A DNA stretch of 64,000 bases from Bacteroidales bacterium (lineage in GTDB: Bacteria > Bacteroidota > Bacteroidia > Bacteroidales > P3), in the NCBI GenBank assembly GCA_045598945.1, contig JAZRVD010000137.1:1513-65512 (forward strand), written 5' to 3'. The notes below the pieces were generated by a model, which searched no databases, was not told the origin of the DNA, and worked only from the letters and a program-made list of their open reading frames with translations. Of this stretch, positions 45,087 to 55,279 are shown piece after piece; the first letter of the stretch is position 1, and every line of letters begins with the position of its first letter. The translations under genes were made by a program, and so were the position numbers.

Positions 45087-45794
45087 ATGCTCCTATTCTA
45101 CACCCCCGACCTCCATGCCGACTACATCACCCTCAGCGCCGACGAGTCGAGACACTGCATACGCGTGCTGCGCATGACCACCGGCGACACCCTCTACCTT
45201 ACCGACGGACAAGGCACCCTATGCCGCTGCGAGATAGCGCTGCCCGACGCGTCGGCATGCAGCGTGGCTGTCGTTGAACGAACAGAACACTACGGCGCAC
45301 GCCCCTACAGGCTGCACCTCGCCGTGTCGCCTACCAAGAACGCCGCCAGGATAGAATGGCTGGTAGAGAAAGCCGTAGAGATAGGTGTTGACGAGATAAC
45401 GCTGCTGCACTGCGAACATAGCGAACACAGCAACCTCAAAGCCGACAGATTGAGCAAGATAGCCGTCAGTGCCATGAAACAGTCGCTGCGCGCCTACCTG
45501 CCTGCAATACACAACGGCGTGTCGTTCACCGACTTTATAAGCCAGCACAGCGGCCACGACGGGCTATACATCTGCCACTGCGACGGCGACCAACGCCAGC
45601 AGCTGAGCGACATATACAACGCCACACACAACGCCACCATACTAATAGGTCCCGAAGGCGACTTCAGCCCCAAAGAGATAGCCTCAGCCCTTGCAGCAGG
45701 CTTCAAGCCAGTAACTCTCGGCAACCAGCGCCTGCGCACCGAGACGGCAGCACTATACGCCACCATTGCCATAAACATACTCAACACCATATAA
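45087..45794 (+). CDS. rsmE: 16S rRNA (uracil1498-N3)-methyltransferase
   Basis: MLLFYTPDL...LSADESRHCIRVLRMTTGDTLYLTDGQG is a PUA-like N-terminus. The C-terminus has a SPOUT knot (ILIGPEGDFSPKE). Confidence 0.85.
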   Translation: MLLFYTPDLHADYITLSADESRHCIRVLRMTTGDTLYLTDGQGTLCRCEIALPDASACSVAVVERTEHYGARPYRLHLAVSPTKNAARIEWLVEKAVEIGVDEITLLHCEHSEHSNLKADRLSKIAVSAMKQSLRAYLPAIHNGVSFTDFISQHSGHDGLYICHCDGDQRQQLSDIYNATHNATILIGPEGDFSPKEIASALAAGFKPVTLGNQRLRTETAALYATIAINILNTI

Positions 45795-45798
45795 GACC

Positions 45799-46449
45799 AT
45801 GCGACAACTTATCACAGCAATACTTCTACTGCTTACTCTCACCCCCCTCAAGGCTCAGACAACCTCTATAGCGCTGCTCAAATACGAAGGCGGCGGCGAC
45901 TGGTACGCCAACCCCACCTCGCTCACCAACCTCATAGCCTTCTGCCGCCAAGACCAGCAGATGAACCTCACGCCAGCCTACGCCACAGTAGACGTGGGCA
46001 GCAGCGAGATATTCAACTACCCGCTGCTACACCTCACCGGTCACGGCAACGTGGTGTTCTCGACACAGGAAGCTCAAAACCTAAGAAAATACCTCATCGG
46101 CGGCGGATTTCTGCACATCGACGACAACTACGGACTACGCGAATTTATAGTGCCACAGATGAAAAAAGTGTTCCCCGAACTGGAATTTATAGAGCTGCCC
46201 TTCTCCCACCCTATCTACCATCAGAAATACGACTTCGACAACGGCCTGCCCAAGATACACGAACACGACAACAAGCCCCCACAAGGCTTTGGCCTGATAT
46301 ATGAAGGCCGCTTAGTATGCTTTTTCACCTACGAATGCGACCTCGGCGACGGATGGGAAGACCCCGACGTACACAACGACAGCCAAGCCACACGCCAAAA
46401 AGCGCTACGCATGGGCAGCAACATCGTCAGCTACGCCTTCAGCCATTAA
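45799..46449 (+). CDS. DUF4159-family secreted protein
   Basis: Signal peptide. LLKYEGGGDWYANPTSLTNL...FNYPLLHLTGHGNVVFS..EAQNLRKYLIGGGFLHIDDNYG matches the DUF4159 pattern as I recall it. Confidence 0.6.
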   Translation: MRQLITAILLLLTLTPLKAQTTSIALLKYEGGGDWYANPTSLTNLIAFCRQDQQMNLTPAYATVDVGSSEIFNYPLLHLTGHGNVVFSTQEAQNLRKYLIGGGFLHIDDNYGLREFIVPQMKKVFPELEFIELPFSHPIYHQKYDFDNGLPKIHEHDNKPPQGFGLIYEGRLVCFFTYECDLGDGWEDPDVHNDSQATRQKALRMGSNIVSYAFSH

Positions 46450-46470
46450 CAATCCTAAAACATCAACAAT

Positions 46471-47181
46471 ATGAAACGACTTCTATACCTCTGCATCGTC
46501 ATGCTACTATGCACAGCATGCGGCATAAACCAAGACTCGACACCAGAGAGCGCCATCAACATCGCTCCCGAACTCGACCGCAGCAACTTTGTATACATCA
46601 CCGACGTGGTGCCAAGCGCCATATTGGAGATACGCTACTACAGCACCTTCAACTTCGTAGGCACACGCATCGACGGCTACGTCATGCCAGTGGCACTATG
46701 CACACGCCAAGCCGCCGAAGCACTCAAAAAAGTCGCCGACAACCTCGAACAACAAGGCTTCCGCCTGAAGATATACGACGCCTACCGTCCACAAAAGGCC
46801 GTCGACCACTTTGTAAGATGGGCAGAGACCGACGACACCGCTATGCGCCGCTACTTCTACCCACAGCTCGACAAAGACAAGCTCTTCCCTCTCGGCTTCA
46901 TCTGTGCCAAAAGCAGCCACAGCCGCGGCAGCACCATAGACCTCACACTCTTTGACATGAGGACAGAAAAAGAAGTCGACATGGGCGCCACCTTCGACTG
47001 GTTTGGCAACGAGTCGCACCCCGACTACGAAGGCGCTACCGACGAACAAAAAGCCAACCGCAAAATACTCAGCGACGCCATGATAGCCGCCGGCTTCGCC
47101 CCCTACGACTGCGAGTGGTGGCACTTCACCCTCAACAACGAGCCATACCCCGACACCTACTTCAACTTCGACGTAGAATAG
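46471..47181 (+). CDS. M15-family D-alanyl-D-alanine dipeptidase (VanX/DdpX-like) lipoprotein
   Basis: Lipobox LLCTAC, then IRYYSTFNFVG, DAYRPQKAV, SSHSRGSTIDLTL and EWWHFTL. Confidence 0.8.
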   Translation: MKRLLYLCIVMLLCTACGINQDSTPESAINIAPELDRSNFVYITDVVPSAILEIRYYSTFNFVGTRIDGYVMPVALCTRQAAEALKKVADNLEQQGFRLKIYDAYRPQKAVDHFVRWAETDDTAMRRYFYPQLDKDKLFPLGFICAKSSHSRGSTIDLTLFDMRTEKEVDMGATFDWFGNESHPDYEGATDEQKANRKILSDAMIAAGFAPYDCEWWHFTLNNEPYPDTYFNFDVE

Positions 47182-47197
47182 CCACACACACCGCATC

Positions 47198-48139
47198 ATG
47201 CCATACACGCCGCTTCACAACACCTCTGCACTACGCTACATAGCAATAGCGCTGCAGTGCCTCTTGGGCGTATACTTCGTCGTCTCCGCCATAGCCAAAC
47301 TGTTAGACATCGACACCTTTGAAGTATATGTCTTCTCATTAGGTCTGCTGCCACTCAACACTGCCATGGTGCTATGCCGTGTGCTTATCGCAATAGAGCT
47401 GATGTTGGGGCTGATGCTCGCATGCGGCATGATGCCACGCCTTGCGGCGACACTCTCCACCCTGCTGCTAATATTCTTCTGCATGGTGCTATGCTACGCC
47501 ATAGTCATCAACCGCACCGACAGCTGCCACTGCATGGGAGAGATAACAAACATCCCCCCAGCACTCTCGCTGCTCAAAAACAGCATAACCATCGTGCTGC
47601 TCCTCGTCATGCTGCGCCTGCCAGTATGGCAATGGCACCCACGATGGTACATCATCATGCCTATCTGTATCACAGCCACAGCAGCGGTATTCTGCATCTC
47701 GCTGCCCGACAACTGGATGTTCGCCGCCAAGAGCAGCGAGAACTACAACCATGAGTTGCTCAGCCATCTTGCATTGCCCGACGAGCCACTCCACGACGCC
47801 AATATCCTCGAAGGCAAAAAACTCGTTGTCATGGCCACCGAGCGCTGTCCCTACTGCCAACGTGCATTGCAGAAGCTGCAAGCCATGGCACTACGCCAAG
47901 AAATAGACACCACACGCTGCATAGTGATACTGCCACAAAGCAACGACACCACCCCCATCCACAATGACGGCATACCCATGCTGCAAGGCCGTCGCTACAG
48001 GATAGACAAACACGACTTCCTGCACCTCACCAACGGCAACCGCCCCATCGTGCTGCTCCTCGACAACGGCACAGAATCAGCCTCTTACCACTACCGCAAC
48101 ATCAATGAAAAAGAGATAAAGCAGTTCTTTGAAGAGTAA
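47198..48139 (+). CDS. MauE/DoxX-like membrane protein with a C-terminal thioredoxin-like CxxC domain
   Basis: Four or five N-terminal TM helices. The C-terminal soluble domain carries ERCPYCQRA. Confidence 0.5.
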   Translation: MPYTPLHNTSALRYIAIALQCLLGVYFVVSAIAKLLDIDTFEVYVFSLGLLPLNTAMVLCRVLIAIELMLGLMLACGMMPRLAATLSTLLLIFFCMVLCYAIVINRTDSCHCMGEITNIPPALSLLKNSITIVLLLVMLRLPVWQWHPRWYIIMPICITATAAVFCISLPDNWMFAAKSSENYNHELLSHLALPDEPLHDANILEGKKLVVMATERCPYCQRALQKLQAMALRQEIDTTRCIVILPQSNDTTPIHNDGIPMLQGRRYRIDKHDFLHLTNGNRPIVLLLDNGTESASYHYRNINEKEIKQFFEE

Positions 48140-48351
48140 AGAAGCTTACCATTCAAAAAAACTACAATAATATAGAGAAAGGTTTCTCTTTCAACTTTAA
48201 CAGACCTCGCCTATTTTGCCACTTACTTTCGGTAAAAACTGCATTTATAAATTGTATTTAAGAAATTCAAAACAGTTTCTAAATTCCTTAAATAAAATCA
48301 AAACAGTTTCTTAGACAACACACTTTTTTTCGTTCACCAACAAAAAAAGCG

Positions 48352-48359
48352 TACCTTTG
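48352..48359 (+). promoter_or_regulatory. -7 promoter box TACCTTTG
   Basis: Matches TAnnTTTG 20 nt upstream of the ATG at 48380. Confidence 0.6.
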
Positions 48360-48379
48360 CAAAATAATACATTTACAAC

Positions 48380-49261
48380 ATGAAACAAATAGCACTATTA
48401 TTGGCAGTGGCATGCACCATGAGCTGCACCAGCCAGACCGTAGAAGACATTGAACAAGCTTTTGTAGACCAGGCTATAGAGACTGCGGTGGAGACTATAG
48501 ACAACGCCTTAGAGGAACATCTGCTTGGCGACGAATACAAGCCTTCAACACCCGACCCCATGCCCGAAATGGCAAACACCATACACTGGATGCCGGAAGC
48601 CAAAGGCAAGATAGTAACACACAAAGCTATAGCCTTGGAGTATAGCGAGAGCGACGAACAGGCACGCTGGGTGGCATACATGCTTTGCGCCGACAGAACC
48701 GATGGCAAATGGAACCGCAACGTTACTGAAGGCGCCTTCTTCCATGAAGACCCCGACATTGCCACTGGCAGCGCCATGATAGAAGACTACAAGAAGTCAG
48801 GCTACTCGCGCGGACACCTGGCACCGGCAGCCGACATGAAATGGGACTCGACAGCACAAGTGGAATGTTTCCTGTTTAGCAACATGAGCCCTCAAGAGCA
48901 GAGCTTTAACAGCGGAATATGGAACCGCGCCGAAGAGATGATGCGCCGCTGGGCCAACTGGTACGACACCATATACATTATTACCGGCCCGCAGCTGACA
49001 TGCGGTAGCCACGAGAAGATAGGCACCAACGGCGTTACGGTGCCAAAAGCCTTCTACAAAGCCGTATACTGCCCTAAGCTGCACCAAGCCATAGGGTTCC
49101 TCATCCCACACATACAAGACAAGGCCAAGTTAGAGGTCTTTGCCATGAGCATCGACGACCTTGAGAAAAAGACCAAGATAAACTTCTTCGCCGGCATGGA
49201 CAACGAGGAGACAATAGAGGCCAACCTCGACCTGTCGAAATGGAACTTCAACAAAAAGTAA
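48380..49261 (+). CDS. DNA/RNA non-specific endonuclease (NucA/Serratia nuclease family) lipoprotein
   Basis: Lipobox AVACTMSC. Active-site region GYSRGHLAPAADM, then NMSPQ..SFNSGIWNRAEE. Confidence 0.8.
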   Translation: MKQIALLLAVACTMSCTSQTVEDIEQAFVDQAIETAVETIDNALEEHLLGDEYKPSTPDPMPEMANTIHWMPEAKGKIVTHKAIALEYSESDEQARWVAYMLCADRTDGKWNRNVTEGAFFHEDPDIATGSAMIEDYKKSGYSRGHLAPAADMKWDSTAQVECFLFSNMSPQEQSFNSGIWNRAEEMMRRWANWYDTIYIITGPQLTCGSHEKIGTNGVTVPKAFYKAVYCPKLHQAIGFLIPHIQDKAKLEVFAMSIDDLEKKTKINFFAGMDNEETIEANLDLSKWNFNKK

Positions 49262-49265
49262 CGCG

Positions 49266-49961
49266 ATGAAGATACATCCCGACACGCTGACCTTCTTTGA
49301 AGAGTTGAAGAAGAACAACAACAGAGAATGGTTTGCCGACAACAAAAAACGCTGGGAAGCGATAAAAGAAGAATTTGTCAAGCTTACAGAGAAGCTGATA
49401 GAGGTCATGACACCGCTCGACGCCTCGCTTGGCGAGCTGTCTGCCAAGCAATGCATCTACCGCATCTACCGCGACCTGCGCTTCTCGCCCGACAAGCGTC
49501 CATACAAATGCCACATATCCTGCTTTCTGCCTACCGGCGGCAATCGCAAGGCGGCAGTGCCAGGCTACTACTTGCAGATAGGCCAGTCGGACTACGGACT
49601 TGCCAACGGCTGCTCGCTTGGCGGCGGCATCTTCTGCCCATCGCCACAGGCATTGGCAGCAATACGACAAGAGATATTCTACAACACCGAAGAGTTTAAG
49701 AGCATCATCAACGAGCCAGAGTATGTGAAATACTTCGGCACAGAGTTCTTTACCAGCCACAAGCTGAGCCGCGTGCCCAAGGGCTTCCCTGCCGACTGGC
49801 AAGATGGCGACCTGCTGAAATACCGCGACTACACCACGATGTACGACATGCCAATAGAGACCGTGATGAGCGACGAGCTGCTGCCAAGAGCCATAGAGGT
49901 GTTTAAGGCCAGCGTGCCTCTCAACAAGTTTATACAGCGGGCAATGTACGAGCTGATATAA
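49266..49961 (+). CDS. DUF2461 (TIGR02453-like) family protein
   Basis: LTFFEELKKNNNREWFADNKKRWE...YRIYRDLRFSPDKRPYK...GYYLQI is the typical pattern. Confidence 0.7.
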   Translation: MKIHPDTLTFFEELKKNNNREWFADNKKRWEAIKEEFVKLTEKLIEVMTPLDASLGELSAKQCIYRIYRDLRFSPDKRPYKCHISCFLPTGGNRKAAVPGYYLQIGQSDYGLANGCSLGGGIFCPSPQALAAIRQEIFYNTEEFKSIINEPEYVKYFGTEFFTSHKLSRVPKGFPADWQDGDLLKYRDYTTMYDMPIETVMSDELLPRAIEVFKASVPLNKFIQRAMYELI

Positions 49962-49995
49962 AAACAAAAATATCATCAATTTTACAAAAAAAGTG

Positions 49996-50003
49996 TACTT
50001 TTG
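49996..50003 (+). promoter_or_regulatory. -7 promoter box TACTTTTG
   Basis: Matches TAnnTTTG 47 nt upstream of the ATG at 50051. Confidence 0.5.
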
Positions 50004-50050
50004 CAAATTGTCAAGAAAACAAAAAAACAATAAATAAATAAACAACACTC

Positions 50051-51721
50051 ATGACTGAAAAAATTCAAACCCTACGCGACAGCGCAACAATGCGATGGAT
50101 AGCCCTGCTGCTACTGGCATTGGCAATGTTCTGCGCCTACATCTTTATGGACATCTTGTCGCCTATCAAAGACCTTATGCAAGAGACAAGAGGTTGGAGC
50201 TCTACCGCCTTCGGCACCATGCAAGGAGCAGAGACCTTCCTCAACGTGTTCGTATTCTTCCTCATCTTTGCCGGCATCATTCTCGACAAGATGGGTGTAC
50301 GCTTTACCGCCGTACTCTCTGGCGCCGTGATGCTCGTAGGCGGCATAATCAAATATTTTGCCATCAGCGAAAGCTTTATAGGCAGCGGCATGGAGGCATG
50401 GTTCAACACCCACCTCAACTACATACCCGGCTTTCACGAGCTTGGCGTATCGCCATTCTATGAGGGCATGCCGGCATCGGCAAAGCTCGCCGCCATCGGC
50501 TTTATGATCTTTGGCTGCGGCACCGAGATGGCAGGCATCACCGTCAGCCGCGGTATAGTGAAATGGTTTAAGGGTCGCGAGACCGCCATGGCCATGGGCT
50601 CGGAGATGGCGCTTGCACGCTTGGGCGTAGCCACCTGCATGATATTCTCGCCATTCTTCGCCAAGTTGGGCGGCAGCGTCGACGTGTCGCGCTCCGTAGC
50701 CTTCGGCGTCGTGCTGCTCTGCATAGCCCTCATCATGTTTATCGTATACTTCTTCATGGACAAGAAACTCGACGCACAGACCGGCGAAGCCGAAGAGCAA
50801 GACGACCCATTCAAAATCAGCGACATCGGCAAGATACTCTCCAGCCTCGGCTTCTGGCTCGTGGCTCTGCTGTGCGTACTCTACTACAGCGCCATCTTCC
50901 CATTCCAGAAATATGCCGTCAACATGCTGCAGTGCAACCTCACGCTGACCGAGCCAAAAGCTACAAGCTTCTGGGCAAGCAACGCCGTTACCATTATCCA
51001 ATACGTCGTTATGCTTGTTGTAGCCATAGGCGCCTTTGCCAGCAACTTCTCTAAAAACAAAAATATGAAATATGGCTTGATGAGCATGGCAATAGTAGCA
51101 CTGGTAGTATACTGCTACATGGGCTACATGCGCGGCACAGCAGAGACCATCTTTGCAGTGTTCCCACTCCTCGCCGTCGCCATCACCCCTATACTTGGCA
51201 ACTATGTTGACCACAAAGGCAAGGCAGCCTCTATGCTGATGATAGGCTCGTTGCTGCTCATACTCTGCCACCTCACCTTCGCTTTCATACTGCCACAGTT
51301 CAAAGGCAACGGCATAGGCGGCGTAATAGTAGCCTACGTTACCATCCTCGTACTCGGCGCCTCATTCTCGCTCGTACCTGCAGCCCTGTGGCCATCGGTG
51401 CCAAAGCTGGTTGACGAGAAAATTATTGGCTCGGCATACGCGCTCATCTTCTGGATACAGAACATTGGCCTCTGGCTCTTCCCACTGCTTATTGGCAAAG
51501 TGTTGGACAACACCAACCCCAATATTACGGAAGCCTTAAATGCAGGCACCATGACAGCCAAAGAGGCCTCGGTGTCATACGACTACACATGGGCGCTGGT
51601 GATGCTGGCAGCCCTTGGCGTAGCAGCCCTCGTCATAGGTCTGATACTGAAAGCCGTCGACGCCAAAAAGCACCTCGGCCTTGAGGAGCCTAACATCAAA
51701 GAGACTCCAAAAGCAGAATAA
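50051..51721 (+). CDS. MFS-type transporter
   Basis: 556 aa, about 12-14 hydrophobic segments in two halves separated by a charged loop (DAQTGEAEEQDDP). Confidence 0.6.
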   Translation: MTEKIQTLRDSATMRWIALLLLALAMFCAYIFMDILSPIKDLMQETRGWSSTAFGTMQGAETFLNVFVFFLIFAGIILDKMGVRFTAVLSGAVMLVGGIIKYFAISESFIGSGMEAWFNTHLNYIPGFHELGVSPFYEGMPASAKLAAIGFMIFGCGTEMAGITVSRGIVKWFKGRETAMAMGSEMALARLGVATCMIFSPFFAKLGGSVDVSRSVAFGVVLLCIALIMFIVYFFMDKKLDAQTGEAEEQDDPFKISDIGKILSSLGFWLVALLCVLYYSAIFPFQKYAVNMLQCNLTLTEPKATSFWASNAVTIIQYVVMLVVAIGAFASNFSKNKNMKYGLMSMAIVALVVYCYMGYMRGTAETIFAVFPLLAVAITPILGNYVDHKGKAASMLMIGSLLLILCHLTFAFILPQFKGNGIGGVIVAYVTILVLGASFSLVPAALWPSVPKLVDEKIIGSAYALIFWIQNIGLWLFPLLIGKVLDNTNPNITEALNAGTMTAKEASVSYDYTWALVMLAALGVAALVIGLILKAVDAKKHLGLEEPNIKETPKAE

Positions 51722-51739
51722 ACCATAAAAATTAGCACA

Positions 51740-53086
51740 ATGAAAAAAGCGACCTTGATGATAGCCATATTGCTATGTGGCATCACAATAGGTACGCTGG
51801 CTAACGACAACGACCAGCCCTCAGGTGAGAAAGCCACACGCAAAGGCTGGTCGTTTGGCGTTCTGCCAAGCATAGCCTTCGACCAAGACCTAGGCTTCCA
51901 ATTAGGAGCATTGACAAATGTATACTATTTTGGCGACGGTTCTCAGTACCCCGACTACTTGCATTCGTTCTACGCCGAGGCGGCTACCACGTCGAAACAC
52001 TACAGCCTCTTCCGCCTGTCTTACGACAGCAAATATCTCATCCCCAACCATCGCCTAAGCGTAGACCTGACATATATGCCCGACCTGATGTGCGACTTTT
52101 ACGGCTTTAACGGCTACGCCACACACTACAACAAGGCATACACCACACAGGGCGACGCCGACTACCTGACACGCGCCTACTACAAATTCCAGCGCGACCT
52201 CTTCCGCCTAAGCGCAGACCTACAAGGCACCATAGCACAGCCATGGTACTGGAACGTAGGCTTGGGAATACTGCAATACAAGGTGGGCAGCGTAGACATA
52301 GACCGCCTAAACAAGTACGAAGACGACGAAGAGGACAAGCTACCAGTGCATACCACTCTCTTTGACCAATATGTAAGCTTAGGATATATCAGCAAAAGCG
52401 AAAGCACCGGCGGCACCCACCCCTATCTGCACGGCGGACTGACCTACGACACTCGCGACCGTCAACAAAACCCTCAGCACGGCATACATGCCGACGCCTT
52501 CCTGACATACTACGCCGGCTTGGGCGACATGAAAGACTACAACAACCTAAAGCTCAACGTCAACTGGCGCCAATACCTGCCAATAGTACCCCAACGGCTG
52601 ACCCTCGCCTACCGCATAGGCGGACAGATAAACCTCGCCGGGCATAGCCCCTTCTACCTCAACACCTACCTCAACCAACTGTATATGCAGCGCATACTCT
52701 ACGAAGGACTGGGCGGTGGCAACTCGATACGAGGCATTATGCGCAACAGGATACTGGCAGAAGGCGTGGCATTCGCCAACATAGAGCTACGCACACAGCT
52801 GTTTCACTTCCGCATTGGCAAGAACATGTTCTACATAGGCATCAATCCATTTATGGATGCCGGCATGGTACTGCAACCTTACGAAAGCGTGCTGTGCAAC
52901 CCCAACGACCCCCTCATGGGCATAGACGAAGACAAACTGTACAGCCCCCACCTGTCGGCAGGCTGCGGATTGAAGGCAGCTATGAACGACAACTTTGTAT
53001 TGAGCGTAGACTGGGCTACAGCCCTCGACAAACAAGACAACGGCAAGGTAAGCAACCTGTACATCAAGATGGGCTACATGTTCTAA
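51740..53086 (+). CDS. Omp85/surface-antigen-like outer-membrane beta-barrel protein
   Basis: Signal peptide, alternating beta-strand pattern, and a C-terminal beta-signal ending ...LYIKMGYMF. Confidence 0.55.
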   Translation: MKKATLMIAILLCGITIGTLANDNDQPSGEKATRKGWSFGVLPSIAFDQDLGFQLGALTNVYYFGDGSQYPDYLHSFYAEAATTSKHYSLFRLSYDSKYLIPNHRLSVDLTYMPDLMCDFYGFNGYATHYNKAYTTQGDADYLTRAYYKFQRDLFRLSADLQGTIAQPWYWNVGLGILQYKVGSVDIDRLNKYEDDEEDKLPVHTTLFDQYVSLGYISKSESTGGTHPYLHGGLTYDTRDRQQNPQHGIHADAFLTYYAGLGDMKDYNNLKLNVNWRQYLPIVPQRLTLAYRIGGQINLAGHSPFYLNTYLNQLYMQRILYEGLGGGNSIRGIMRNRILAEGVAFANIELRTQLFHFRIGKNMFYIGINPFMDAGMVLQPYESVLCNPNDPLMGIDEDKLYSPHLSAGCGLKAAMNDNFVLSVDWATALDKQDNGKVSNLYIKMGYMF

Positions 53087-53107
53087 CACCCACACCATCA
53101 AAACAAT

Positions 53108-54991
53108 ATGCAAAAAAGAGACAACCTATCTTTTTACATACTCATAGCACTCACCATAGTGGGTGCTATTTTACGTTTTGCCAGCATCGATGCACCACTA
53201 TGGGGCGACGAACTGAGTGCTCTAAGCAGAATACACAAAACGCTATCCGACACCATATACTACGGCGTATATCTGGGCGACACACACCCAGCAGGCATAG
53301 AGACCCTGCTATGGCTGTGGTGCAAGGTGGCTGACGGCAACACAATACTGCTGCGACTGCCTTTTGTACTTATGGGCATAGCCTGCATACCGCTGACATA
53401 CATTATTGCCAAACAATGGTACTGTAAAAAAGCAGGGCTATGCGCCGCCGCCATAGTAGCGCTATCGCAATACACCATAACCTACAGCAACTTTACCCGC
53501 CCCTATTCGGCCGGACTGTTTTTCATACTGTTGATGCTTTACTGCTGGACACAAATATTCATCGACAAGCGGCAGCATCACCGATGGATATGCTACACCG
53601 GCATGGCTATAAGTGCGGCACTCTGCGCCTATACCCACTACTACGCCATGCTGACGGCAGCCCTATTAGGCATAGCAGGACTATTCTTTGTAAAGTCGCG
53701 TAAAGAGACGTTAGCATACATAGCCTCGTGCCTTGCCGCCATGCTTCTATTCCTACCACACATATACATCACCCTCCACCAACTGTTGGACATACAAGGC
53801 AACGGAGAATGGGTGAGCAAGCCTACGGCGCTATTCGTTCTCGAATACGGACGCTATCTGTGCCACTTCTCTATATGGGCTCCGCTATCACTACTCGTTG
53901 TGCTAATAACAGGCTCGCAATTCAACCGCAGCACCATAAAGACACGATATAAGAAAATCATCGTCTCGCTGGCTCTATTCCTATTGCCTTTGGCTATTGG
54001 CTACACATACAGCGTAATGGTAAACCCCTGCCTGCAATACTCATGCCTGCTATTCAGCTTTCCATTCTTGATATTGCTGCTATGCTCGCTTATCAACGAC
54101 AACACCAAATATCCCACCGTTGCGTACTACAGCGCCTTGGCACTCTTCAGCATAGCCATGACGCTAACCCTCGCCATACAGCGTCAACACTTCAAAATGA
54201 TGCAGCTATGGTCGCCAGAGCCTGTCTATAACACCATACAGCACTACTACCAGCTTTACGGCGCCGACAGCGTAACCTGCTTCGTCGACTTAAAATATCT
54301 GCCATACTATCACAAAGACGGCGACATAGAAATCATCAACCAATATACATGCAGCCAACACTCAACAAAAGATATAGAATACAAGCTGCGCAATACCACA
54401 ACACCATATATCATTACAGCAAGATTATGGGAGAATGAGATGGACGCAGTACGGCACTACTACCCCACCCTGCTCCATCGAGAGGAGATGATAGGCTACG
54501 AGATAGTGGTGCGAAGCACCACGCCTGTTGCAAAAGACCCCAAAAAAAGCACCCTGCACAACGCCACCTTCTACAGTAGCGACCAAGAAGCCATTGCACA
54601 ATCGGAATATTACAGCCTGTTTGACGCCGACTACAACGCTATCGCCGACAGCCGCTTTAGAGAAATCAGAGCCACCCTTCACTACACAATAGAAAACGAT
54701 ACCGTGCCGCTATACATAGTTATAGAAACCAGCCGAGGAAACAAAAATGCAGCATACAAAATCAACAATATAACAAAATCGGCGTGGGAGAAGGACAGCA
54801 TATACACATGCACACTGTCGCAACGAATGGAAGACCCCATCACAAGCCACCATGCTCTCAGTCGCTATCATGTGAAGATATACCTCTGGAATCCAACACA
54901 AAAGAAGTCCTGCACTATCAAAGACTGCCAAATAGAAATCTCCCCTACCAACCGCTACATATACTCGCACATAGAAGAGATAGACGACTGA
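53108..54991 (+). CDS. ArnT/GT39-like membrane glycosyltransferase with a C-terminal soluble domain
   Basis: N-terminal polytopic region with a first-loop acidic motif (APLWGDELSAL), aromatic-rich TM bundle and a ~230-aa soluble tail. Confidence 0.45.
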   Translation: MQKRDNLSFYILIALTIVGAILRFASIDAPLWGDELSALSRIHKTLSDTIYYGVYLGDTHPAGIETLLWLWCKVADGNTILLRLPFVLMGIACIPLTYIIAKQWYCKKAGLCAAAIVALSQYTITYSNFTRPYSAGLFFILLMLYCWTQIFIDKRQHHRWICYTGMAISAALCAYTHYYAMLTAALLGIAGLFFVKSRKETLAYIASCLAAMLLFLPHIYITLHQLLDIQGNGEWVSKPTALFVLEYGRYLCHFSIWAPLSLLVVLITGSQFNRSTIKTRYKKIIVSLALFLLPLAIGYTYSVMVNPCLQYSCLLFSFPFLILLLCSLINDNTKYPTVAYYSALALFSIAMTLTLAIQRQHFKMMQLWSPEPVYNTIQHYYQLYGADSVTCFVDLKYLPYYHKDGDIEIINQYTCSQHSTKDIEYKLRNTTTPYIITARLWENEMDAVRHYYPTLLHREEMIGYEIVVRSTTPVAKDPKKSTLHNATFYSSDQEAIAQSEYYSLFDADYNAIADSRFREIRATLHYTIENDTVPLYIVIETSRGNKNAAYKINNITKSAWEKDSIYTCTLSQRMEDPITSHHALSRYHVKIYLWNPTQKKSCTIKDCQIEISPTNRYIYSHIEEIDD

Positions 54992-55099
54992 CATACAAGC
55001 TCCCACAATACCAAGTGTACTGTGGGAGCTTTATACCGTACTCACCAAAGAGATATTATTACACAACAAAAAGGTTGAGAACCTGTCTCAACCTTTCCG

Positions 55100-55173
55100 C
55101 TCCCCAAGTAGGACTTGAACCTACGACCCCCTGATTAACAGTCAGGTGCTCTAACCAACTGAGCTATTGAGGA
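55100..55173 (-). tRNA. tRNA-Asn (anticodon GTT)
   Basis: Hand-folded: acceptor TCCTCAA/TTGGGGA, D-arm AGCTCAGTTGGTTAGAGC, anticodon loop CTGTTAA, T-loop GGTTCAAGTCC. Confidence 0.9.
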
Positions 55174-55202
55174 TTGTTACTTCCTTTCCTTGAAATCGAG
55201 TG

Positions 55203-55210
55203 CAAAGATA
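55203..55210 (-). promoter_or_regulatory. -7 promoter box (TATCTTTG on the transcribed strand) for tRNA-Asn
   Basis: Matches TAnnTTTG 29 nt upstream of the tRNA 5' end. Confidence 0.6.
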
Positions 55211-55279
55211 CACACTTTTATCTATATGACCAAATTTTTTTTCAAAAAGATTAGCATCTATATAATTCTACACTAAATA